This document shows, piece by piece, positions 49,801 to 57,711 of a DNA stretch of 64,000 nucleotides. The position numbers were made by a program, and so were the translations under genes. The notes beneath the pieces are model-generated. The model did no database searches and had not been told where the DNA came from. It worked only from the letters and a program-made list of their open reading frames with translations. Within the stretch, counting starts at the first letter, position 1. Each line of letters opens with the position of its first letter. Source of the stretch: Nitrosopumilus sp. (GTDB taxonomy: Archaea; Thermoproteota; Nitrososphaeria; Nitrososphaerales; Nitrosopumilaceae); NCBI GenBank assembly GCA_029861785.1, contig JAOTYR010000001.1, positions 2,636-66,635 of the forward strand, read 5' to 3'.

Positions 49801-51144
49801 TGATTTAATACAATTTTTTACAAAAATTTTTGCATAATCTGAACTATCAAAATACAGATGTCCGTAAGAAGCTAGAGTGTTATTTTGAATCATACCATCA
49901 AATTGATTTTTTATCCCTTCACCAATTTTTAATTCATAAGCAAATTTTGAATCAGAAGATATGGACTCTAGTTTAGAATAGTGAAATTCATGACCCTGAA
50001 GTGTGTGTTTTTTATCAGATAAGATATTTGTTGAAATTATTTTTCCTTGTGTATAATTTAACTTCATTTTTTTTGTCATCTTTATTTCCGCATCAAAAAT
50101 GCCAACCATCTTGTTCGTTTTTTTACCATAATCAATAGATTTTGTTAGATACATTAATCCTCCACATTCAGCATAGATTGGTACATTTTCTTCGGATAAT
50201 TGTTTAATTTTTTTTCTCATCCATTGATTTTTTTCTAAACATCCTCCAAGAATTTCAGGGAATCCTCCTCCAATGTAAATTCCATCAGACTTTGGTAATT
50301 TTTTATCTTTAATTGGACTAAAAAATTTAAGATTGGCCCCTTCTCGTTTTAATGCTTCTAGATTATCACGATAATAGAAATTAAAAGAATTGTCAAGTGC
50401 TACTGCAATTGTGATTTTTGGTTTTTGGTAAAGTTTTGTATCTGAAATTTTTAGAAGAATAGGAGTTTGTATAATTTGGAGAATTTTTTCAACATCTAAG
50501 GAGTTAGAAATAATTTTTGATGTTTGTTTAATTTTTTGATTAAGAGTTGTATCTTCTTTTGTGGGTATTAATCCCAGATGTCTTGACTGCAAATCAAGAT
50601 CAGGATTTTTCTGGATTATCCCAACTATGGGTAATTTTGTCTTTTCAATTGCTTTTCTACATAGAATTTCATGTTTTTTACTCCCAATTTTATTTAGAAT
50701 AATTCCTTTTATTCGTGAATTGCTATGAAATTTAAGAAAACCTAAAGCCGTTGCAGCAACAGATCTGGCTGCTTTACTGGCGTCTATTACCAATATTGTT
50801 GGAGATTTTGTTATTGAGGCAACATGATGAGTACTTGCAAAATTAGAATCTCCACCAAATCCATCATAATATCCCATTACTCCTTCTATAATTGAAATAT
50901 CTGACTTTGAATTTGAAACAAAACATTCCAAAAGACGATTTTTACCCATTAACCAAACATCAAGATTAAACACATCCTTTTTTGCAATTGAGGAAAGATA
51001 GCTGGGATCGATGTAGTCAGGACCAACCTTAAAGGGTTGTACCGAAAAACCTTCTTTTTGTAATGCATGAATAATTGCGCATGTAATTGATGTTTTTCCC
51101 ACTCCACTATTAGTACCTGCTAAAACAAGTCTTGGAATTTTCAA
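49789..51144 (-). CDS. cbiA: Cobyrinate a,c-diamide synthase
   Basis: SGVGKT, FKVGPDYIDP, IEGVMG, SRHLGL, AECGGLMYL and GHEFHYS. Confidence 0.94.
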   Translation of the reverse strand: MKIPRLVLAGTNSGVGKTSITCAIIHALQKEGFSVQPFKVGPDYIDPSYLSSIAKKDVFNLDVWLMGKNRLLECFVSNSKSDISIIEGVMGYYDGFGGDSNFASTHHVASITKSPTILVIDASKAARSVAATALGFLKFHSNSRIKGIILNKIGSKKHEILCRKAIEKTKLPIVGIIQKNPDLDLQSRHLGLIPTKEDTTLNQKIKQTSKIISNSLDVEKILQIIQTPILLKISDTKLYQKPKITIAVALDNSFNFYYRDNLEALKREGANLKFFSPIKDKKLPKSDGIYIGGGFPEILGGCLEKNQWMRKKIKQLSEENVPIYAECGGLMYLTKSIDYGKKTNKMVGIFDAEIKMTKKMKLNYTQGKIISTNILSDKKHTLQGHEFHYSKLESISSDSKFAYELKIGEGIKNQFDGMIQNNTLASYGHLYFDSSDYAKIFVKNCIKSSRR

Positions 51145-51231
51145 TTTGAATGTGTAATTGTATTTTTTTATTTAAATGATGCATTTAAAAAAAATCTGAA
51201 TGTTTTTACCGTGAGAAAAAAGAAAAATACT

Positions 51232-51765
51232 ATGAGTGAAGATGGTCTAACAATTGTATATACCGGAAAGGGTAAAGGAAAAACTACGGCCGCACTAGGA
51301 ATTGCGTTAAGAGCGACAGGTTATGATAAAAAAATTTGTATGATTCAATTCATTAAAGGCTCATGGCATTATGGGGAGATGAATTCTTCAAAAAGATTGG
51401 AACCAGAATTTGAGATGGTTGCGGTAGGAAAAGGATTCGTAGGAATAATTGATGATAAAAGTCCTATAGAAGAACATAAGAAAATAGCAAATGAGGCTAT
51501 TAAAATAAGTAATAAAAAAATTCAATCAGGAAATTACGATATTATTATTCTAGATGAAGTAAATTATGCTATCAATTTAGATTTAGTAAAATTGGAGGAT
51601 GTTCTGAATTTAATAAAATCTAAACCTGCTTCCTTAGATCTTGTTTTAACGGGAAATCATGCTAAAGAGGAGATAATTGAATTGGCAGATTTAGTAACGG
51701 AGATGAAGGAAATTAAACATCCATTTCAACAGGGTAAAAAAGCCAAAAAAGGAATTGATTTCTAA
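51232..51765 (+). CDS. cobO: Cob(I)yrinic acid a,c-diamide adenosyltransferase (BtuR/CobO)
   Basis: VYTGKGKGKTTAA.G, QFIKG, LDEV, LVLTG and ADLVTEM.EIKH. ATG at 51232. Confidence 0.93.
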   Translation: MSEDGLTIVYTGKGKGKTTAALGIALRATGYDKKICMIQFIKGSWHYGEMNSSKRLEPEFEMVAVGKGFVGIIDDKSPIEEHKKIANEAIKISNKKIQSGNYDIIILDEVNYAINLDLVKLEDVLNLIKSKPASLDLVLTGNHAKEEIIELADLVTEMKEIKHPFQQGKKAKKGIDF

Positions 51766-51793
51766 CTAGCAACATTAAATTACGCACAATAAA

Positions 51794-52603
51794 ATGAAAG
51801 AAGAAATGCCTGCAGAAATTCAAGAAATGCCTGAACAAGGAGAAATTGTTCTTGCTACAGTAACCAAAGTAATGGATCACGGGGCGTATGTAACATTAGA
51901 TGAATATGATGGGATTCAAGGATTTTTACATATTTCGGAAATTGCACCAGGTTGGATCAGATCAATCAATAGATTTGTGAAAGAAAATGAGAAAAAAGTT
52001 CTTCTTGTAAAAAAAGTTAATCTGAAAAGGGGAGATATTGATCTGTCCTTAAAACAGGTATCCAAAGATCAAAAAAAGCATAAACTAAAAGAAGTTAAAA
52101 AATTTGAAAAAGGAAAAACTCTTTTGAAAAATGTTCAAGAAAAAACCAACCTTTCAGATAAAGAAATTGAAAAACTAGAAGATGATATTTATTCTAAATT
52201 TGATTCAGTTTATGATGCTTTTATTGAAATTGGAAGAAATGGAATAGATTCAATTAAGGACCTTAAACTTTCAAAAAACACTGCTAGTGTTATTGAAGAA
52301 ATATGTTCAAAGATTAAACTACCTTCAGTTGAAATAAGAGGAATTATGAAAATTACAAATAGTAAATCCAATGGAATAGAAATTATTAAAAAGACTCTTT
52401 TAGATGTAATAAAAAAAGATTCTTCCATTGATATTACATATGTAGGAGCTCCAAAATATCGCCTTTCAATCAAGTCGGAGGATTTCAAGTCTGCAGAAAA
52501 AAAATTGAAACCAATAGTACAGGAAATTCAACAATCTATCGAAAAAAAGAAAGGAGAGTTTACATTTACAAGAGAAGATTCCAAGAAAACCAGAGAAAAT
52601 TAA
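51794..52603 (+). CDS. Translation initiation factor aIF2 alpha
   Basis: S1 domain PEQGEIV..GAYV.LDEY..G.LHISE, IDLSLK and YVGAPKYR. Confidence 0.94.
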   Translation: MKEEMPAEIQEMPEQGEIVLATVTKVMDHGAYVTLDEYDGIQGFLHISEIAPGWIRSINRFVKENEKKVLLVKKVNLKRGDIDLSLKQVSKDQKKHKLKEVKKFEKGKTLLKNVQEKTNLSDKEIEKLEDDIYSKFDSVYDAFIEIGRNGIDSIKDLKLSKNTASVIEEICSKIKLPSVEIRGIMKITNSKSNGIEIIKKTLLDVIKKDSSIDITYVGAPKYRLSIKSEDFKSAEKKLKPIVQEIQQSIEKKKGEFTFTREDSKKTREN

Positions 52604-52604
52604 A

Positions 52605-52763
52605 TTGCGATTTTTATTAAGAAAATGTACTAAATGTTATCATTATACCCTTAAAGAAAAATGTCCTTTATGTAAAGAAGAGACTATTTCAGCTCATCCA
52701 GCAAAATTTTCACCTGATGACAAGTATATGAAATATAGACTAGCTGAGCGTTATAATCAATAA
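52605..52763 (+). CDS. nop10: H/ACA RNP protein Nop10 (not in ORF track)
   Basis: TTG start: MRFLLRKCTKCYHYTLKEKCPLCKEETISAHPAKFSPDDKYMKYR. Signature HPAKFSPDDKY, in the usual position after aIF2 alpha. Confidence 0.92.
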   Translation: MRFLLRKCTKCYHYTLKEKCPLCKEETISAHPAKFSPDDKYMKYRLAERYNQ

Positions 52764-52782
52764 AAAATATTTTTTTACTCCT

Positions 52783-53229
52783 TTATGGAGCATATCGGCC
52801 CTCTAACTTAGATTCAGCAATTATATACTCTTTCATTGCTTTTTCTAATTGTGATTTGGTAGATCCAGAATCTAAATTCAATTTATCATCTAGTGCATAT
52901 AATTTGAAAACATACGTATGTTCTTTATCAGGTGGAGCTGGTCCACCATAATTAGTTTTGCCAAAGTCAGTTTTTCCTTGAATAGAATTTGGAGGAATCG
53001 AATTTTCTTTGATTTCGTGAACATTAGGTTCTATATTCCAAACAATCCAATGAACCCATATTTTTCCTACAGCTCCCATGGCATCAGGATCATCCATAAT
53101 GAGAGCTAAAGATTTGGCAGTATTGGGTACATCTGAAAATATTAGTGGGGGATTTATGTTGTCATTATTATATCCATACTTTCGAGGTATTTCTCCTCCA
53201 TTTTGAAATGCATTGCTTTCTAGTTTCAT
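52783..53229 (-). CDS. YbhB/YbcL (PEBP/Raf kinase inhibitor-like) protein
   Basis: LIMDDPDA, WVHWIVWNI and YGGPAPP..H.Y.F.LYALD. Confidence 0.92.
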   Translation of the reverse strand: MKLESNAFQNGGEIPRKYGYNNDNINPPLIFSDVPNTAKSLALIMDDPDAMGAVGKIWVHWIVWNIEPNVHEIKENSIPPNSIQGKTDFGKTNYGGPAPPDKEHTYVFKLYALDDKLNLDSGSTKSQLEKAMKEYIIAESKLEGRYAP

Positions 53230-53268
53230 TGATATGTCTTCAATTCAAATTGTTCCAGTTAAATTTTA

Positions 53269-53637
53269 CTAAGACTCTAAGATCATTTTATTGTTTAAAA
53301 ATGAAATGATTGAACCACCATTTTTTTTAATTTCCTTTTTTAATTCTTTATCCATTGTTCCAATTATTCCTCCATTGTTTTTTACGTAGTTTATTATTTC
53401 ATTATCCGCAAATTTACCAGCAATTGGAATGATTTTAAAATTTTTGATAAAATTAAGGGTAGTTATAATATCTTGTTTTTTTTTACTATCCTTTTTCAAA
53501 GTAAATAATTCATCTTGAACTACTTTTGGAATAACAAATGAAATTTGTCCAATATCGATATTAACACTATCAATATTTTTGATTCTTTTTGTAGCTAAAT
53601 GTATTAAGAAGTTTGTATCACAGATTACTTCAACCAA
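53269..53637 (-). CDS. PIN domain protein (Fcf1/Utp24-like)
   Basis: VICDTNFL, V.DEL, AD..I and T.DKELK, downstream of aIF2 gamma. Confidence 0.85.
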   Translation of the reverse strand: MVEVICDTNFLIHLATKRIKNIDSVNIDIGQISFVIPKVVQDELFTLKKDSKKKQDIITTLNFIKNFKIIPIAGKFADNEIINYVKNNGGIIGTMDKELKKEIKKNGGSIISFLNNKMILES

Positions 53638-54892
53638 CTACGCCGGCCCCAATCAATCTCCATCTATCAGAGATTCGTCTACTAATTGCCACATTTCCAT
53701 TCTCAAAAATACAAGCTGGTCTTCTAAGTTCAATTTCAACATTTTTTGATTTTATTTTAGATACTTTACCTAGAATCGGTGCTGTTCCGATGTTTAATCT
53801 TAAAAGTTCATCTTTTTGTATTGGAAGTACTTTAGTATCTTCTGTTATTCCAACTGCAGAATCAAAAAGACTTACTTCTAGAGATATTTTATTGGAATTT
53901 TCTGGTAAAGTTTCAGGTTTTCCGATAACTGATCCTATAAATGAATCACTTCTAGTTAATGCTGGATCTAGTTTAGTACCAATTGCTACCAGTCCTCCTG
54001 GTTTAACTGACTCGACAATCCCAGCAGCTGTGCCCAATGAAGTAATTTCAGTGAATAATGACTCATAGGTTTTCTTTTTGTCATCCATTATTCCTGGCTT
54101 GATTTCAATTTCATCACCTACATTAAAAATTCCTTGAGCAAGACTTCCTCCTATTACTCCACCTTTGATATTTTTTAATTTGGTTCCAGGTTTATTAACA
54201 TCAAAAGATCTTAAGACATGCATTATTGTATCCTTGGACTCGTCTCTATCAGGAGTTTTGATGGTAGATTCGATAGAGCCAATTAATGCATCAATATTTA
54301 ATCCAGATTGGGCTGAAATAGGAATTATTGGAGCTTTTGCTGCATGAGTTCCTTTAACAAATTTATTTATTTCTTGATAATTTGATACAGCTTCTTTGTA
54401 TGAAATTAAATCTACCTTGTTTTGAACAATTACAATTTGTTGTATGTTGAGTGTTTGAAGAGCTAACAGATGTTCTTTAGTTTGAGGTTTGGGTACTTTT
54501 TCATTTGCTGCAATCAACAATAATGCTCCATCCATTAATGCAGATCCAGAGAGCATGTTTGCCATTAAACTTTCATGGCCTGGACTATCTACAAAACTCA
54601 CAACTCTAGATAATTCACTTTCTTTTCCACAATTATTACATTTGGGAGTGGTTGAATATCCTAAAGGTTCTTCACAATCAACACATTTGTAAAAAGCAGT
54701 ATCAGAATATCCTACACGTATTGTAATACCACGTTTTAATTCTTGGCTATGAACACTTGTCCAAGATCCAGTTAATGACTGAATTAGAGTTGTTTTTCCA
54801 TGATCAACGTGGCCTGCAGTTCCAATGTTTATACATGGTTGAGATCCATATTTTTTTATGTACCAATCAGGAAGCGTATCTCGCCAATGCAT
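53630..54892 (-). CDS. Translation initiation factor aIF2 gamma
   Basis: NIGTAGHVDHGKTT, ELKRGITIR.GY, Zn knuckle, DSPGHE, QNKVD and RWRLIG.G. Confidence 0.96.
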   Translation of the reverse strand: MHWRDTLPDWYIKKYGSQPCINIGTAGHVDHGKTTLIQSLTGSWTSVHSQELKRGITIRVGYSDTAFYKCVDCEEPLGYSTTPKCNNCGKESELSRVVSFVDSPGHESLMANMLSGSALMDGALLLIAANEKVPKPQTKEHLLALQTLNIQQIVIVQNKVDLISYKEAVSNYQEINKFVKGTHAAKAPIIPISAQSGLNIDALIGSIESTIKTPDRDESKDTIMHVLRSFDVNKPGTKLKNIKGGVIGGSLAQGIFNVGDEIEIKPGIMDDKKKTYESLFTEITSLGTAAGIVESVKPGGLVAIGTKLDPALTRSDSFIGSVIGKPETLPENSNKISLEVSLFDSAVGITEDTKVLPIQKDELLRLNIGTAPILGKVSKIKSKNVEIELRRPACIFENGNVAISRRISDRWRLIGAGVVG

Positions 54893-54923
54893 GAGTCAAA
54901 ATGTAGAATCGGTATATGTTAAG

Positions 54924-55319
54924 TTATTCTTTTTTTTCTTCAGAATTTTCAGGTGATTCTTCTGGAGCTGCAACTGGTAATTCTCCATCAAATTTACAGT
55001 TGATTTGATAAATTTCTTCGGAGATTGTGTTCCCTCTCATAAGCTTTCTTACTCTTTGTCCAATCTCTGCATCTTGTAATCCAACACCCTTAGAGAGAAG
55101 CACTCTTTTTCTGGCTGCACCATGAATATCACTTCTCATAGGAACTCCTGATTTGTCACTTCCACCAGTGACTTTCAATTTTCCTTTCAATCCAACGATT
55201 ATTGCATCTGTTTCGTTTCCAAGTTGTAATCCAAGCAATGGGTTACCATCGTTATCTTTCAATTCTTTGGTTACAGATTTTCCTTGAATGTCTGATACAG
55301 TTAGTTTGAAGTTTGTCAA
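54924..55319 (-). CDS. rps6e: 30S ribosomal protein eS6
   Basis: TGGSDKSGVPMR.D, R.RK..RGN.I and QIN. Confidence 0.94.
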   Translation of the reverse strand: MTNFKLTVSDIQGKSVTKELKDNDGNPLLGLQLGNETDAIIVGLKGKLKVTGGSDKSGVPMRSDIHGAARKRVLLSKGVGLQDAEIGQRVRKLMRGNTISEEIYQINCKFDGELPVAAPEESPENSEEKKE

Positions 55320-55393
55320 TTATTCGAAGACAAAGTCGTACGACTAATTAACGTTTTGACATTATTTTTAAATCTAGATTTTCTCTAGGGTAT

Positions 55394-55516
55394 ATGAACA
55401 AGGAAATAAGATGTCCTCGATGCGACAATAAAATGATAGATATGCAAGCATGTCATATGTTTTGTCTTAAATGTGGAGCACATTTAGATTGCTCAGATAA
55501 AGGAAGTTTTTGGTAA
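55394..55516 (+). CDS. 40-aa Cys-rich zinc-finger microprotein (not in ORF track)
   Basis: MNKEIRCPRCDNKMIDMQACHMFCLKCGAHLDCSDKGSFW*. Confidence 0.7.
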   Translation: MNKEIRCPRCDNKMIDMQACHMFCLKCGAHLDCSDKGSFW

Positions 55517-55690
55517 TTAAAAACCAGGTCTTTTTGGTATATAATCAGATGACATGTTAATAGCTTGATCCTTCATAATTTCAAGGTAAGTCTCATAATC
55601 AGTTTCAAAGCTACAATGAGGACATTTTACTTTGGTTATTTCCTCATTTAAAACAGCAGTTTTTTCACATTCAGGACAACGTGCATCCAT
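55517..55690 (-). CDS. 57-aa zinc-ribbon microprotein (not in ORF track)
   Basis: MDARCPECEKTAVLNEEITKVKCPHCSFETDYETYLEIMKDQAINMSSDYIPKRPGF*. Confidence 0.72.
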   Translation of the reverse strand: MDARCPECEKTAVLNEEITKVKCPHCSFETDYETYLEIMKDQAINMSSDYIPKRPGF

Positions 55691-55742
55691 GTAAAGAATA
55701 TGTGGTTAAGATATTTAATCATAATTAAATCATTGAATTTAG

Positions 55743-55816
55743 GCGGAGTTAGTTTAGTCTGGTATGACGTCAGCTTCCCAAGCTGAAGGCCGCGGGTTCA
55801 AATCCCGCACTCCGCA
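55743..55816 (+). tRNA. tRNA-Gly(CCC)
   Basis: GCGGAGT/ACTCCGC acceptor stem, TCAGC-TTCCCAA-GCTGA anticodon arm, and GGTTCAAATCC. Confidence 0.95.
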
Positions 55817-55820
55817 TTTC

Positions 55821-56831
55821 TTATAATTCTCGAATCGCTTGTTCAATAATTCCTCTATCTTGTGCTTTTGGTGCAAATTTTAAATAATTTTTTAGATCAT
55901 CTATTGCTCCTGAATTCTTTTTTTGCTTTTCTCTAAGATAAGCACGATTTTTGTATATTTTTGCTGATCTTTTAGGATTAACTTCAATGGCTTTGGTGTA
56001 GAAGGATTCAGCTTTTTCAAATTGATTAGATTTTAAGTAGAAATTGCCTAATCCGTTGTAGGAAAGGAAAGATCTATTATTGAGATCAATACTTTTTTGA
56101 TAAAATATTATACAGTCTTCTGAATTTTGAGCACTAAGCATCCCGCCTAGCAGGTATAATGCAGTAAAATTGTTTTTATCTAATTCAATAGCTTTGTTTA
56201 ATGATTCTAAAGCTTTTGAATAATTATTTTGTATATTCAATTTTTCGGAGATAAAGCATAATCGATTTGATTTTTCATCTTGATTATTTTCTATGTTTAA
56301 GGATGAGATGATATCTTCTGGTGCCAAAATTATCAATAGTCTACCATCCTCAGACCATTCTTTATCAAATATTTCTTGAGGAATTACACCTTCTTGTTGT
56401 TCTCCTTCTTGAGTTCCTTTTTGAACATAGTGAAAAATAATATTTTCAGTATCATCGTATCCTGATATTACTGATGCATGTTGTGTTATTTCTGGAATCC
56501 CTGGTAAAATTACTATGGGAGGTATTCCACTATCTATTATTTTTTTTAATTCAGATAGTGAGGAATGACGTATTTTACAAATCAGACCATTCCGTTCAGC
56601 CAATTCTATTCCTTCTATTAAGATACTTCCAGTGGTGCTAGGATATTGCTTAGCAGTTTCTAAAGCTTCTTCCATTGAAAGATCTATATTCCAATATTTT
56701 GAAACAACGTTTATCGGTAATGGAAGGCAAATATTTTCTTCTTCAACTATAGGGAGTAAAAGTTGATGATTTGAAGATTCCAATAAATAAAATAAATTTT
56801 GAGAGTTATTAAAAGTAATCAGAGTAAACAA
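55821..56831 (-). CDS. Peptidase C39-like domain plus TPR repeat protein
   Basis: ENICLP...VSKYW (Cys), IDSGIPPIV, HASVISGYD (His) and C-terminal TPRs. The true start may be TTG at 56783. Confidence 0.7.
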   Translation of the reverse strand: MFTLITFNNSQNLFYLLESSNHQLLLPIVEEENICLPLPINVVSKYWNIDLSMEEALETAKQYPSTTGSILIEGIELAERNGLICKIRHSSLSELKKIIDSGIPPIVILPGIPEITQHASVISGYDDTENIIFHYVQKGTQEGEQQEGVIPQEIFDKEWSEDGRLLIILAPEDIISSLNIENNQDEKSNRLCFISEKLNIQNNYSKALESLNKAIELDKNNFTALYLLGGMLSAQNSEDCIIFYQKSIDLNNRSFLSYNGLGNFYLKSNQFEKAESFYTKAIEVNPKRSAKIYKNRAYLREKQKKNSGAIDDLKNYLKFAPKAQDRGIIEQAIREL

Positions 56832-57364
56832 AATTTATGGATTAGATCTTTACCGTCAGTAGACATTTCGGGATGAAACTGTGTTCCAAAGATAAATTTT
56901 CCATTATAATAGATGATTTCATTTTTACATTCTTTAGAACTAGCTATTGGAACTAGCATATCAGGTAATTTTGAAATTTCATATAAATGACTTTCAAAAA
57001 CTTTTATTTTTTTATTTGTTAGAACATTTTTTCGTTGGATGAAAACTTCTTTTGTTCCTTTTTGACTATCATTTAATCTTCTTATAGTGCCCCCTAATGT
57101 GAGAGCTAAAATTTCAGCACCATAACAAATACCAAATAATTTTTTATTATTTTTGACACTATGTAGTATTACTTTAGAGTTAATTTGATTAATTTTTTTT
57201 TCATTTCTACGACGGCCTGATAAAATAAAAGAATCATATTTTTCAAGCGAATTTAGTTTTAATTCTTTTGGAGATATATTTTCAAATCTAATTTTCTTCT
57301 CTTCAAGAAAATCTAATAGATTTTGTGTGTAAATAGAACCATTATCAATAATTAGTAGCAACAA
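56819..57364 (-). CDS. Class I glutamine amidotransferase (GMP synthase subunit A-like)
   Basis: IIDNGS.YT, FGICYG and GTQFHPE give a Cys-His-Glu triad. Confidence 0.82.
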   Translation of the reverse strand: MLLLIIDNGSIYTQNLLDFLEEKKIRFENISPKELKLNSLEKYDSFILSGRRRNEKKINQINSKVILHSVKNNKKLFGICYGAEILALTLGGTIRRLNDSQKGTKEVFIQRKNVLTNKKIKVFESHLYEISKLPDMLVPIASSKECKNEIIYYNGKFIFGTQFHPEMSTDGKDLIHKFCLL

Positions 57365-57711
57365 ACAAAAGTAGAGTTATTGTTAATTTAGGTTTTCAGT
57401 AATAAAATGATAGTTTTAAGATTCGAAAATATAATTAACCTAAATTTTTTTGAGGTTATATTGTCAATATCTGTGATAAAATTTGGAAAAATAATTAGCA
57501 GAACTGAATTAATTTTCCAAATTTTTGATAAATATCTCTAAATCGTCAATCTTATTTTGATTGTTCATTTTTTTAAGAGACTATTTTCATTTTTAAAATA
57601 AAAATCCCTTTTTCTTTGGAAGCTTTTACTATTTTTTCTTTTAGTGCAAATTTTGTTCTTTTATCATTGCAATATATTTTTTCTAAACCCAAATAATATT
57701 TTCAATGGTTT

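Noticed and set aside
46172..51231. Cobalamin riboswitch in the cbi cluster spacers
   Set aside because: The intergenic gaps are under 90 nt and AT-rich, with no B12 box.
57365..57711. AT-rich ~350-nt spacer as an origin or ncRNA
   Set aside because: No repeats, GC-rich stems or box motifs were seen.
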